Below, piece by piece: positions 37,277 to 47,424 of a stretch of 64,000 nt of DNA; within the stretch, counting starts at the first letter, position 1; each line of letters starts with the position of its first letter. Position numbers and translations under genes: made by a program. The notes beneath the pieces are model-generated. The model searched no databases. It was not told the origin of the DNA and saw only the letters and a list, made by a program, of their open reading frames with translations. Source of the DNA: Thermodesulfobacteriota bacterium (GTDB lineage Bacteria; Desulfobacterota_D; UBA1144; Nemesobacterales; Mycalebacteriaceae); assembly GCA_965205855.1 (NCBI GenBank), contig OZ242184.1:32001-96000 (forward strand). The letters are read 5' to 3'.

Positions 37277-38809
37277 ATGACTTCCAATATCCTTAGTTGC
37301 GCCGTGCTTGGAGTTGACGGCTATGTGGTGGAGGTTGAGGTGGACATGAGTCCCGGCCTGCCTGTTTTCACGACTGTAGGTCTGCCGGAGGGAGCCGTCA
37401 GGGAAAGTAAGGAAAGAGTCCGCTCCGCGATTAAAAACAGTGGCTACAAAATTCCACCCAAGAGAATCACCGTCAATCTTGCGCCCGCAAACATAAGAAA
37501 AGAAGGGTCTTCATTTGACCTTCCAATATCGGTGGGGATGCTCGTTGCGTCCGGTTGCATATCCGGCGGCGCGAACATAAAAGACTTTCTCATACTGGGC
37601 GAGCTTTCCCTTGACGGCAGGGTGAAAAAAATAGGCGGGGTTCTGCCCATGGCTGTTTGCGCAAAAGAAAAGGGCCTGAAGGGCGTGGTGGTTCCGAAAC
37701 AGAACGCTGGGGAGGCCGCCCTTGTCTCCGGTATTGAGGTCGTCGCGGTTGAGACTCTTGCGCAGCTTGTTGAGCATATTGAGGGACTGAAACGTATAGA
37801 GTCTGAAAAGTTTGACGCGGAGAAATTTTTCACGTCAAAGCCCGTTTACGGGTCGGACTTTGCGGATGTCAAAGGACAGCATCAAGCAAAACGCGCGGTT
37901 GAGATTGCCGCAAGCGGCGGACACAACGTTCTCATGGTGGGCCCTCCCGGTTCCGGCAAAACCCTTCTTGCCAAGAGGATACCGACCATACTTCCCGACA
38001 TGAATTTTGACGAAGCAATGGAAACTTCAAAAATATATTCCGTGTCCGGTTTTCTTAAGGAGGGATGCCCGTTTGTAATGGAACGCCCCTTCAGGTCTCC
38101 CCACCATACCGTGAGCGATGGCGGACTCATCGGCGGCGGTTCCGTGCCACGCCCCGGTGAGATCAGCCTTGCTCATAACGGGGTTTTGTTTCTTGACGAA
38201 ATGCCGGAATTTAAAAAAACTGTGATAGAAGCGTTACGCCAGCCTCTTGAGGACGGCGAGGTTGTCATATCAAGGGCCGCCACAACCCTTACTTATCCGG
38301 CAAAATTTATGCTTGTCGGCGCCATGAATCCGTGCCGGTGCGGCTTCCTCGGAGACAGTGTGAAAACCTGCACTTGCCGCCCGGACCAGATTAAAAAATA
38401 CCGCGACAGAATATCCGGCCCTGTTCTGGACAGATTTGACATCAACATAGAGGTTCCGTCTCTCAATTACAGCGAGCTTTCGGATGAAAGGCGCGGCGAG
38501 AGTTCAAGCGAAATCAAGGCGCGGGTAAACCGGGCAAAGGGTATTCAGAATGAGCGGTTCGGGGGTACGGGTATATTTTCCAATTCACAAATGCCGCCCG
38601 AGATGCTGAAAAAATTCGCGCCGCTTTGCGATTCGTCAAAGAAATTGCTTGAGACCGCGGTAGAGAAGCTTGGGCTTTCCGCAAGGGCCTACGATAGGAT
38701 AATAAAGGTTTCCAGAACAATAGCCGACCTTTCCGGCTCCGCCGATATTCTGCCGGAGCACATTGCCGAAGCGGTTCAATACAGACGCCTTGACGTCTAT
38801 TTTCAGTAA
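37277..38809 (+). CDS. comM: YifB/ComM Mg-chelatase-like AAA+ ATPase
   Basis: VNLAPA, GELSLDG, GPPGSGKT, LAHNGVLFLDE, AMNPCRCG. Confidence 0.95.
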   Translation: MTSNILSCAVLGVDGYVVEVEVDMSPGLPVFTTVGLPEGAVRESKERVRSAIKNSGYKIPPKRITVNLAPANIRKEGSSFDLPISVGMLVASGCISGGANIKDFLILGELSLDGRVKKIGGVLPMAVCAKEKGLKGVVVPKQNAGEAALVSGIEVVAVETLAQLVEHIEGLKRIESEKFDAEKFFTSKPVYGSDFADVKGQHQAKRAVEIAASGGHNVLMVGPPGSGKTLLAKRIPTILPDMNFDEAMETSKIYSVSGFLKEGCPFVMERPFRSPHHTVSDGGLIGGGSVPRPGEISLAHNGVLFLDEMPEFKKTVIEALRQPLEDGEVVISRAATTLTYPAKFMLVGAMNPCRCGFLGDSVKTCTCRPDQIKKYRDRISGPVLDRFDINIEVPSLNYSELSDERRGESSSEIKARVNRAKGIQNERFGGTGIFSNSQMPPEMLKKFAPLCDSSKKLLETAVEKLGLSARAYDRIIKVSRTIADLSGSADILPEHIAEAVQYRRLDVYFQ

Positions 38810-38818
38810 GCATCCGCA

Positions 38819-39916
38819 TTGACAAAGCGCATGCGGTTTGCATACAATTTTTCCCAAGAGATGAGCGAAGACACAGATCCTTCCGACGATACTGATTTTT
38901 TATACAAAGCCCCGCTGGCAGACGAGGCGTTTGTCATTGCCGAGGCAATTGACAGATTTGGTTCCGGTGGCGGTCGCGAAATTGTGGTTGGTCCCGGAGA
39001 CGATGCCGCTGTGCTTGATTTTGGCGGTCCCGAGTTTCTTGTGGACAGTTGCGACTGCATGGTGGAGGGAGTCCATTTCAGAAAGGAGTGGTTGAAACAC
39101 CATGAATTCGGTGCCCGTGCCGTTGGAGCCAAAGCGGTTCTCTGCGCCGCAAGCGACATAGCGGCGATGGGAGCGGCTCCAAAAACCGTTCTTGTAAGTG
39201 CGGGGCTTCCGCCACAAACTCGCGCCGCTGTGGTTGTGTCTCTTCTGGACGGAGTCGCCCGGGGGTGTGAAACGGTCGGTGCTGTTGTTGCCGGGGGCAA
39301 CACTTCCTCCTCGCCTGCAATGTTTGTTGATGTGAAAATAACCGGCGAGACCGCGGGACGCGGTTTTGTTCGCAACAGCGGAGCGGAGGAAGGCGATGGG
39401 ATCTTTGTTACGGGACAGATTGGTTGCGCGGCGGCGGGTCTTGTGATTTTTGAAAAAATGTTTGAATCAGGCGCGCGTGCGCCTGATTCCCGTGCGCGTG
39501 AAATGGTTGAAAAATTTCATTTCCCCCATCCGCGAATACGGGTGGGTCTAGCTCTGGTGGGAGTAGCCACGGCAATGGCGGATTTGAGTGACGGGCTTCT
39601 TTCCGACTTGAGGTGCATAACCTCTTCGTCGGGAGTCGGGGCCGAGGTGTTTTTTGAAAACCTTCCTGTCTCTCCCGGTTTTGCTGGCGGTCCCGCCTCC
39701 GCACTTACCGCAGGCGGAGACTACGAACTTGTCTTTACAGCTCCCGAACGGTGCGCGGAGAAAATAAGGGAGATTTCGAAAAAAACCGCAATGGAGATAA
39801 CAAACATAGGAAGAGTTACAAAAGGCGGCGAAGTAAGGTTGTTTGACAGCGGTCGCGAGGTTGAGACGGAACGGCTTGGAGCGGGCGGATTTGTTCATAA
39901 CAGTGGAAAGGCATGA
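38819..39916 (+). CDS. thiL: Thiamine-monophosphate kinase (start uncertain)
   Basis: GPGDDAAV, EGVHF, SDIAAMG, DLSDGL, GGDYEL. Confidence 0.93.
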   Translation: MTKRMRFAYNFSQEMSEDTDPSDDTDFLYKAPLADEAFVIAEAIDRFGSGGGREIVVGPGDDAAVLDFGGPEFLVDSCDCMVEGVHFRKEWLKHHEFGARAVGAKAVLCAASDIAAMGAAPKTVLVSAGLPPQTRAAVVVSLLDGVARGCETVGAVVAGGNTSSSPAMFVDVKITGETAGRGFVRNSGAEEGDGIFVTGQIGCAAAGLVIFEKMFESGARAPDSRAREMVEKFHFPHPRIRVGLALVGVATAMADLSDGLLSDLRCITSSSGVGAEVFFENLPVSPGFAGGPASALTAGGDYELVFTAPERCAEKIREISKKTAMEITNIGRVTKGGEVRLFDSGREVETERLGAGGFVHNSGKA

Positions 39917-41268
39917 GTGATGTTTTTATAGGCACGGCATCCGCGCTTGTTTTCCTCGGTTTGTCCGCGTTTTTCTGTTTTGCCGAGGGTTCGCTTTTCT
40001 CTCTGGGAAGGCATCAGAGGGAAAGTGTAAAAAATGAGGGCGGAAGAAAAGCCGAAATTATAGACGAGCTTCTTAAAAAGCCCGGAGAACTCATCGTTAC
40101 AGTGCTTTTTGCGGACGAGGCCGTCAACATAGCCTATTCCGCAATGGTTGCGATAGCGGTCGCGAGCGTTATGGATTCCCACTCGTCCAAAGAGATTGCC
40201 GCCGTCTCTATTGTCATTGCGTCTCCGGCGCTTCTGGTGTTCGGTGAGACGGTTCCGAAAACTCTTGCCGTAAGGTTTCCCGTCGCGGTTGCGAAGGCGG
40301 TGGCCTTGCCGCTGAACCTTTTCCACAGGCTTATTACACCGGTTCGTTGGGTGATAATAAAGTTTTCAAACCTTTTCATTCACATGTATGAGAGCGATGA
40401 GGACCCGTATGGAGGGCTCACTCAGGAATTTAGCGATGAAGACATGGAAGTGCTCGTTATGATGGGCAGGGAAGAAGGGGTTGTCAATGATATTGAAAGC
40501 CATCTTACGGAAAGGCTTTTCCGCCTGCGCCACACATCGGCGCGACAGATAATGACTCCCAATGTGGAATGTACGATATTCAGCGACTCTCTTTCCCCGA
40601 AACAGATGCTTTATGAGGTAAAAAGGGCCGGGTATTCCAGAATACCGGTCTATTCGGGCGACAAAAACGACATCAGGGGCATACTATACAGCAAGGATAT
40701 GCTCCTCAATGTTCCCTCTGAACGGGCGCTGCTTGAGGATTTTCTTCACCCCCCCTACTTCATACCCGGAAGCAAAGACGCTTTTGATCTTCTTAAAGAG
40801 TTCCGCCGCCGTAGAATTCACATGGCACTTGTGGTTGATGAATACGGAAGGTTTGACGGGATTGTGACAATGGAAGACATACTTGAGGAAATTGTCGGCG
40901 AAATAGAGGACGAGAGAAGTGTCAGCAGGGACAACCCGGCTCCGAAATGGGAAGACAGCAAACTGATTTTGCCCGGAAGTTTCAGGGTTGAGGAATTCAA
41001 CAGCATGATGCTGTTTCCGCTTATCAAATTTGTGGGAGTTGAGAAATTCTCCGAGGCTCTTTGCGCATCGGCTGTTCCTTCACTCAAAAACGGTCATGGA
41101 ACAATAGCGGGTTTTGTTTTTGACAAGTTCGGCGCGCTACCCTCGGTCGGGCACACAATATCGCAGGGGAGTCTGTGTTTTACGGTAACAAAGGTGTCGG
41201 GAAAAAGAATCACCGAAGTAACGGTCCAGGCCCGTCCGGAGGCGGGGAAAAAAGAAAATGGGTCTTGA
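39913..41268 (+). CDS. Hemolysin/CNNM (DUF21-CBS-CorC) family protein
   Basis: [31 protein letters not shown]. Confidence 0.92.
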   Translation: MSDVFIGTASALVFLGLSAFFCFAEGSLFSLGRHQRESVKNEGGRKAEIIDELLKKPGELIVTVLFADEAVNIAYSAMVAIAVASVMDSHSSKEIAAVSIVIASPALLVFGETVPKTLAVRFPVAVAKAVALPLNLFHRLITPVRWVIIKFSNLFIHMYESDEDPYGGLTQEFSDEDMEVLVMMGREEGVVNDIESHLTERLFRLRHTSARQIMTPNVECTIFSDSLSPKQMLYEVKRAGYSRIPVYSGDKNDIRGILYSKDMLLNVPSERALLEDFLHPPYFIPGSKDAFDLLKEFRRRRIHMALVVDEYGRFDGIVTMEDILEEIVGEIEDERSVSRDNPAPKWEDSKLILPGSFRVEEFNSMMLFPLIKFVGVEKFSEALCASAVPSLKNGHGTIAGFVFDKFGALPSVGHTISQGSLCFTVTKVSGKRITEVTVQARPEAGKKENGS

Positions 41269-42481
41269 AGCCATAGTTGCGGTGGTGTTTTTCTGCCTTT
41301 GTCTTCAGGCGTTTTTCGCCGGTTCGGAGATAGCGCTCATATCCTGCGACAAGATAAGAATGAAAACCCTTGCCGGCATGGGTTCGCGCGCGGCGAAGCT
41401 TGTGCTCAAATCCCACTCCGAGGTGGACAGATTCCTCAGCACAACTCTTGCCGGAATAAACCTTTCGCTTATAACTTCAACGATACTTTTAACCTTCTAC
41501 ATAGACAGCCGTTTCGGAGGGGGTGAGTATTACGCGGTGTTGATTCTGTCTCCCCTTGTTGTTGTCTTCGGGCAGGTTGTGCCAAAGTCCATCTTCCGGA
41601 GAAAAAGCGATTCCATGATACTGTGGGCCATATACCCGCTTTGGTTTTTAACAAGGCTGTTTTTCCCCCTCACATGGATAATAGGGTTTTTCACGCGCAC
41701 CGCGCTTCGCTTTGCCGGGCAGCGCGCCTCAATCACAAGAGAGGAAATTCTTGACGTCGTAAGGGCGCATGCTCTTAAAAGCACGGAATCCGGAAAAAGG
41801 CAGATGCTCAGAAGGGTGTTCTCCTTCTCCGGTGTTACGGTCGGAGAGGTTATGATACCGCTTTCTTCGGTCAATGCGCTTCGGGAGACCGCGACTGTTT
41901 ATGAGGCAACCGAACTTGTGAGAAGTTCGGGACATACAAGGATACCGGTTTACAAAGACAGGGTTGACAACATAACTGGCGTGTTGCACTCGTTTTTTCT
42001 GCTGTGCGGCTCGGAAAAAGGTTCACAAACCGCCGTTGGCGAATACTCTTCCCAGGCTTTCTATGTTCCCGAGAGCAAGCCGATAAATGAACTTCTGGAA
42101 GAGATGAAAGCCGGAACCTCAATGGCGATAGTTGTTGATGAATACGGCGGAGCGGTGGGAATAGTAACCCTTGAGGACATCCTTGAGGAGATAGTGGGCG
42201 AGATAGAGGATGAACACGATAAGGGAAAAACTTTGTGGACACGGACGGGAGCTTATGAATATATGGTTTTTCCGCATATAAGTTTGGAGCGTATAAATGA
42301 GGACATCGGCATCTCAATACCGGAAAGCGAAAACTACGAAACCCTTGGAGGTTTTTTGCTTGACCGCTTCGGCCGCATACCGTCCGAAGGTGAAACCATT
42401 GAGGCGACGGGTGCGATTTTCACCGTTGAGTCCGCTAGTTCCCGGCTAATCCAGAGGGTGAAAATTGTCAAGACGGGTTGA
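41258..42481 (+). CDS. Second hemolysin/CNNM family protein
   Basis: [38 protein letters not shown]. Confidence 0.92.
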   Translation: MGLEAIVAVVFFCLCLQAFFAGSEIALISCDKIRMKTLAGMGSRAAKLVLKSHSEVDRFLSTTLAGINLSLITSTILLTFYIDSRFGGGEYYAVLILSPLVVVFGQVVPKSIFRRKSDSMILWAIYPLWFLTRLFFPLTWIIGFFTRTALRFAGQRASITREEILDVVRAHALKSTESGKRQMLRRVFSFSGVTVGEVMIPLSSVNALRETATVYEATELVRSSGHTRIPVYKDRVDNITGVLHSFFLLCGSEKGSQTAVGEYSSQAFYVPESKPINELLEEMKAGTSMAIVVDEYGGAVGIVTLEDILEEIVGEIEDEHDKGKTLWTRTGAYEYMVFPHISLERINEDIGISIPESENYETLGGFLLDRFGRIPSEGETIEATGAIFTVESASSRLIQRVKIVKTG

Positions 42482-42524
42482 TATTGGAGATTTCCCGTAT
42501 CATAATTGCCTTGTTTTCAAATAA

Positions 42525-42598
42525 GGGGATGTAGCTCAGCCTGGGAGAGCGCTGCCTTCGCAAGGCAGAGGTCGGGGGTTCGATTCCCCTCATCTCCA
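42525..42598 (+). tRNA. tRNA-Ala(CGC), CCA not encoded
   Basis: GGGGATG/CATCTCC acceptor with G3-U70, CTGCC-TTCGCAA-GGCAG. Confidence 0.95.
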
Positions 42599-42666
42599 CA
42601 AGCAAAAACGGTTTGATTTTTCTGTATGTGCGGATACAATCCAATTTTAAGTTGGCGGATATTCAA

Positions 42667-43314
42667 TTGAGAACTTTACTGCTTTTCATACCCATTTTTT
42701 TTCTGCGAATTCAAGAGGCTTTAGCCCACCACCCGTGGGAAGGACGCGCTCTTTCCGAGTGGCATCAAGGGTTTCTTTCGGGTCTCGCTCATCCGGTACT
42801 GGGTTTTGACCATCTGGCTTTTCTTGCCGCCGTTGCGATTTTATGCGCGGTTTTCTTCGGCGATAAAAAAACTCTCCTGGCTTTTATTCCGGCAACGATT
42901 GCGGGTGTTTTCATTTACCTTCTTGCAGGGTGGGAGTTTGAGCTCCGGTTTTACGAAACCGCCGTGAGTCTTACGGTTGCGGTTGCGGGTGTTTTTATCT
43001 TTCAAGGTAGCCTTTCAGCCAAAGCCGCGCTGTTTTTCTGCGCTTTGTTCGGGCTTTTCCACGGATACGCCTACGGCGGTGGAATTGTCGGCGCGGAAAC
43101 TTCCCCTCTTGTTTTCTATCTGGCCGGACTTACCTTTGTTCAGACCGCGCTTGTGCTTACAATGTCATTTTTCATTATAAAGTTTTTGCGGGTAGTCACT
43201 CAACAATCCTCAAAATCCCGCTTGTCCGCGAGCCGGTTTTCAAAGGTCGCCGGGGTTTTTCTTTTTACGGTGGGGGCCGTTATGTCGGTTCAGTCCGCAA
43301 TCACCCTATTTTGA
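42667..43314 (+). CDS. HupE/UreJ family Ni/Co permease
   Basis: ALAHH, SGLAHPVLGFDHL, FGLFHGYAYG. Confidence 0.9.
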   Translation: MRTLLLFIPIFFLRIQEALAHHPWEGRALSEWHQGFLSGLAHPVLGFDHLAFLAAVAILCAVFFGDKKTLLAFIPATIAGVFIYLLAGWEFELRFYETAVSLTVAVAGVFIFQGSLSAKAALFFCALFGLFHGYAYGGGIVGAETSPLVFYLAGLTFVQTALVLTMSFFIIKFLRVVTQQSSKSRLSASRFSKVAGVFLFTVGAVMSVQSAITLF

Positions 43315-43347
43315 TAAGGTCGCCGGCTTCAATATAATTTTCTTCCC

Positions 43348-45957
43348 ATGAGCATAAGTGACTCAAGCACACCGATGCTTGGACAGTACAGAAACATCAA
43401 AAGCAGTTATCCGGATTCCATACTTTTTTTCCGTCTCGGAGATTTTTACGAGATGTTTTTTGAAGACGCGAAAAAGGCGTCTTCAATTCTGGGCATTACA
43501 CTCACGGCGCGTAACAAGAAATCGGACTCTCCCATTCCGTTCTGCGGCGTTCCTTTTCATAGCGCGGACGGCTATCTGTCGAAACTGCTTGAAAGTGGCC
43601 TTAAGGTGGCCATATGCGAGCAGGTGGAAAGCCAGAAAGCCGGCAAACTTATGGAAAGGCGAGTTGTGAAAGTTCTGACTCCGGGAACGGTTCTCGGTTC
43701 TGAAAATCTTGATTCAAAAACCAACAACTACATAGCGTGCGTAAATTCGGACTCAGAGGGTTTTCATCTTGCGCACTGCGACATCTCGACCGGAGAGTTC
43801 CGGGTCTGCTCTTTTGAAACGGAAGTGGACACCCTGTCCGAACTGCACAAACTCAGGCCGTCTGAAATTCTGTTCCGTTCCGAACCTCCCCTCCCCGGTA
43901 TGGCGGACTCAGATGTTTCCCCGTCGCCGCTTCTTACCTCAAGGGAGGATCTGTTTTTCTCAAGCGACCCCGCGGCGGCGGTTATGTCGCATTTTGGAAT
44001 ATCGTCCCTCGGAGCGTGCGGCTTTGAGGAAACATCGGGCGCCGCGCTGGTCTGTTCGGCGCTTATTGAGTATATGCGCGAAACCCAAATGGAGTATATG
44101 CCTTCCATAAAACTGCCGGTTTTCTACTCCGTTGACTCTTGTGTCCGGATAGACGACTCAACGAGAAAAAATCTTGAGCTTTCAATCTCCGCCACTTCCG
44201 ATGACGGCCCCACGCTTGTCAAGGCGATTGACCGCACTCTTACTCCAATGGGTGGAAGACTTTTGAGAAGATGGATTGACTATCCCTTGAAGGATGTTGA
44301 AGAAATAGAAACAAGGCTTGAGGCGGTTGAAAATTTTTCAGACGACCCAGTCCTTACGGAAAATACAACTGCGGAACTCAAAGGTGTGAGCGACATGGAA
44401 AGACTCATCGGGCGAATATCCACACCGTCTTACAGACCCAGAGATATGGCTGCCCTGAGGGATTCTCTTCTGCGGGCGGAGGAGTTGAAGCGCATTCTGC
44501 TTGAGGCAAAGGCGCCGCTTCTTTGCCGTATGCAAAAAGAAATCGGCGGGCTTTGCGATGTTGCCGAAGATATAACCGCGACAATTTCCGATGAGCCACC
44601 CGCCAATTTTGCCGAAGGTGGCGTGATAAGAGACGGCCGCGACAGTCGCCTTGATGAATTAAGGTCGCTCAGACGTAACGGCAGAAAATGGATATCCGAT
44701 TTTGAAGCCCGCCAGAAACAGGAGACGGGAATATCCTCTTTGAAGGTCGGGTATAACAGGGTTTTTGGATACTATGTTGAGGTTAGAAAGTCCGGTATTG
44801 ACAGTGTTCCCGACACATATATGAGAAAGCAGACGCTTGCCTCGGCGGAGAGGTTTACAACGCTGGAGCTTGCCGAGTGGGAAGAGAAGATAAAAACCGC
44901 CGAAGACAAGATACTGGTCGTTGAAAGGGAAATTTTTGACCGGCTCAGACTGAAAATTGCCTCCTTTTCGGACGAGGTACGCTCATGCGCGCACAGGATT
45001 GCCGTGCTTGATGTTATCGCCGGTTTTGCGGAAGTCGCCGCGCGCAGAGGATATAAAAGGCCTCAGGTGAACAACGGCGGCTCAATAGAGTTTGATGAAA
45101 GCCGCCATCCGGTTCTCGAGCAGATAAACGGGGCGCCCGCGTTTGTGCCAAACAACATCAAAATGGATTGCGGAGAAAACAGGTTTTTTCTCATAACGGG
45201 CCCGAATATGGCGGGAAAATCCACTTTGATAAGACAGGTTGCGCTTACTGTTCTTATGGCTCAGGTTGGAAGTTTTGTCCCGTGTTCAAGTGCTGTTGTC
45301 GGGGTGGTGGACAAGATTTTCACCCGTGTCGGAGCGTCGGACAATCTTTCCAAGGGGCTTTCCACCTTTATGTCCGAGATGGTTGAAACCGCCTATATAA
45401 TAAGAAACGCCACACCTCAAAGCCTTGTGATCTTGGACGAAATAGGTCGCGGCACGGGAACCTTTGACGGGATGAGTATAGCGTGGGCTGTCGCCGAACA
45501 TCTTTGCAACCTTGGAGCAAGGTCTCTTTTTGCCACTCACTACCACGAACTTGCCAATCTTTCGGTGTCAAACAAGGGGGTCAAAAACCACAACATTGCC
45601 GTGAAAAAAAGCGGAAATAAAATAGTTTTTCTAAGAAAACTCGCCCCCGGCCCTTCAAGCCACAGTTACGGAATTCAGGTTGCCGCGCTTGCGGGCGTTC
45701 CGCCCGAGGTTTTAAACTCCGCGCGCGTGATGCTTTCCTCGCTTGAGAAAATGAGTTCCAAGATGAGCGAGTTGATGGGAACAGACCAGATGTTGCTTTT
45801 TCCCGAAATGGCAGAAGACAATGAGGTTTCCTTTCAAGAAGGCGTCTTGCACTCAATCGCCGGGCGGTTGTCGGCTGTGGACACAATGAATCTCACTCCT
45901 GCCGAGGCGATAAAGACAATTGAGGAGCTCAAAAAGAAGATTGAAGGCCTTGGCTGA
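43348..45957 (+). CDS. mutS: DNA mismatch repair protein MutS
   Basis: GDFYEMF, TGPNMAGKST, STFMSEM, DEIGRGT, ATHYHEL. Confidence 0.99.
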   Translation: MSISDSSTPMLGQYRNIKSSYPDSILFFRLGDFYEMFFEDAKKASSILGITLTARNKKSDSPIPFCGVPFHSADGYLSKLLESGLKVAICEQVESQKAGKLMERRVVKVLTPGTVLGSENLDSKTNNYIACVNSDSEGFHLAHCDISTGEFRVCSFETEVDTLSELHKLRPSEILFRSEPPLPGMADSDVSPSPLLTSREDLFFSSDPAAAVMSHFGISSLGACGFEETSGAALVCSALIEYMRETQMEYMPSIKLPVFYSVDSCVRIDDSTRKNLELSISATSDDGPTLVKAIDRTLTPMGGRLLRRWIDYPLKDVEEIETRLEAVENFSDDPVLTENTTAELKGVSDMERLIGRISTPSYRPRDMAALRDSLLRAEELKRILLEAKAPLLCRMQKEIGGLCDVAEDITATISDEPPANFAEGGVIRDGRDSRLDELRSLRRNGRKWISDFEARQKQETGISSLKVGYNRVFGYYVEVRKSGIDSVPDTYMRKQTLASAERFTTLELAEWEEKIKTAEDKILVVEREIFDRLRLKIASFSDEVRSCAHRIAVLDVIAGFAEVAARRGYKRPQVNNGGSIEFDESRHPVLEQINGAPAFVPNNIKMDCGENRFFLITGPNMAGKSTLIRQVALTVLMAQVGSFVPCSSAVVGVVDKIFTRVGASDNLSKGLSTFMSEMVETAYIIRNATPQSLVILDEIGRGTGTFDGMSIAWAVAEHLCNLGARSLFATHYHELANLSVSNKGVKNHNIAVKKSGNKIVFLRKLAPGPSSHSYGIQVAALAGVPPEVLNSARVMLSSLEKMSSKMSELMGTDQMLLFPEMAEDNEVSFQEGVLHSIAGRLSAVDTMNLTPAEAIKTIEELKKKIEGLG

Positions 45958-46357
45958 CGGCGTTTTAAAAAAGATTTCCCGCCTGTTTGCGAAACCTCCC
46001 GCCGCCGAGCCCGGCGAGGCCATCGCCGCCGTTTTCCTGAAACGCAAAGGGTTTGTGATTCTGGAAAGAAACTTCAGACGCAAGTACGGCGAGATAGATA
46101 TTATCTGTTCCGATGGCGGAACTTTCTGTTTTGTTGAAGTCAAATCACGCTCAAACTTCAGCCACGGATTCCCGCAGGAATTTATTGACCGGCACAAAAG
46201 AAGGAAACTCACACTTGCCGCGCTTCAATATATCAGGGAAAAGCGCATTGAGTCCGAACAGATGCGCTTCGATGTTGTGGCGGTTGATCTGTTAAAAAAA
46301 GAGGTTTGCGCTTTTATAAAGGGAGCTTTTGACGCGGAATTTGAGGATTTCGGATAA
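45920..46357 (+). CDS. YraN family (UPF0102) putative nuclease
   Basis: ILERNFR, GEIDII, FVEVKSR, RFDVVAV. The true start may be TTG 45950. Confidence 0.9.
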   Translation: MRSSKRRLKALADGVLKKISRLFAKPPAAEPGEAIAAVFLKRKGFVILERNFRRKYGEIDIICSDGGTFCFVEVKSRSNFSHGFPQEFIDRHKRRKLTLAALQYIREKRIESEQMRFDVVAVDLLKKEVCAFIKGAFDAEFEDFG

Positions 46358-46371
46358 TTTTCAAAAAAGTG

Positions 46372-46400
46372 TTGACATTTAATCTGAGTCTATTTACTAT
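46372..46400 (+). promoter_or_regulatory. Near-consensus sigma70 promoter with no downstream plus-strand CDS
   Basis: TTGACA-17 nt-TACTAT. Confidence 0.75.
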
Positions 46401-46406
46401 ATCGTA

Positions 46407-46490
46407 TTAAGTTAGGTGAACTACTTAACTTTTACTCCTCCTTACCACAAAAAAAGATTGTCTGGACAACGGACAGTCTTTATATTTTTT
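46407..46490 (+). ncRNA. Candidate trans-acting small RNA (about 85 nt)
   Basis: 9-bp hairpin, single-stranded ACTCCTCCTTACC, then a 12-bp hairpin and T-tract. Confidence 0.6.
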
Positions 46491-46545
46491 GCTCTGTCTG
46501 TTTTGAGAGGTTTTATTTCCGTTTCAGGGGTTTGCGGCACAGTTG

Positions 46546-47361
46546 CTACTTTTTGTACCTGGACAGTTCCGCAAGTTTTTTGAGGGTCATTGCTCCCGTA
46601 TGGAGCGCTCCGTCCATTTCCCATGTCGGATAGGCTTTTATCTTTTTTTCATCGCACAGTCGCGGATTGGCATTTTTCCCGGCGGGGTGGCATTCAACAT
46701 ATTCCAGCTCTTTGGCGTATCTGCCGAAATAATCCTTCTGCCTGTTGCATGCCGGGCAGTTGAACGCGCCGTACATGATGGCCCCGTTCTCCTTCAGATG
46801 CCTCGCGAGGTTTTTTTGAAAATCGTCAAGTTCCCGGCTGACCCGGTTGGCGCTGATTGCCGGCTTCGGCTCGCTCAAAACCGAGGACGCATACCCGGCA
46901 ATCGCCACAAGCATGATGATTGCAATGCCAGATAAAATCTGTGTAACCCTCGCCCCTGTTACGGACAGAATCCATATTGAAAGCACAATCAGGGCTGACG
47001 CCAAGCAGAAAGGGCATATCTCTTGTATAACGAAAAACTCCGCCCACGAAAGATATGCGGATATTCCCACTCCCGCGCTTGCCAGACCGATTATGAAAGA
47101 GCGCTGTTTTTCAAGTCCGCCCCGTATGCACGCGATAATAATAACGGCGTATCCGACCGCCCCGACAAGCGATGCGGGAACGCCGAACAGTTGTGAAAAC
47201 CTGCTTTTCAAAACCGCGCCGCACTGCCAACCCCTTAAGCAATATTCCCCGGCTTCGCCCGTTGTGTAGTATACTGCCGTCAGATAGAAGCAGACTATGA
47301 AACCAAGAGTCGCGAGAATTACTACGGCAACCGACAACCTGTCTGTTTTGCTATTAAGCAT
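46546..47361 (-). CDS. Vitamin K epoxide reductase (VKOR) fused to a thioredoxin-like domain
   Basis: Loop cysteines, ICPFC in the membrane part, MYGAFNCPAC, YVEC, AYPTW. Confidence 0.9.
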   Translation of the reverse strand: MLNSKTDRLSVAVVILATLGFIVCFYLTAVYYTTGEAGEYCLRGWQCGAVLKSRFSQLFGVPASLVGAVGYAVIIIACIRGGLEKQRSFIIGLASAGVGISAYLSWAEFFVIQEICPFCLASALIVLSIWILSVTGARVTQILSGIAIIMLVAIAGYASSVLSEPKPAISANRVSRELDDFQKNLARHLKENGAIMYGAFNCPACNRQKDYFGRYAKELEYVECHPAGKNANPRLCDEKKIKAYPTWEMDGALHTGAMTLKKLAELSRYKK

Positions 47362-47424
47362 AGGCGGTTTTGATTCTAACTTTAATTTGAAGAGAATTCA
47401 CAAAAAAGAATTAAGGAGGCTGTT

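Noticed and set aside
29962-42608. AAGCAAAAA trailer after both CCA-less tRNAs
   Set aside because: Short, low complexity and offset by one base. CCA-less tRNA genes are ordinary.
42599-42666. Possible cobalamin or metal riboswitch before the HupE/UreJ gene
   Set aside because: The gap after tRNA-Ala is too short and shows no B12-box or conserved stems.
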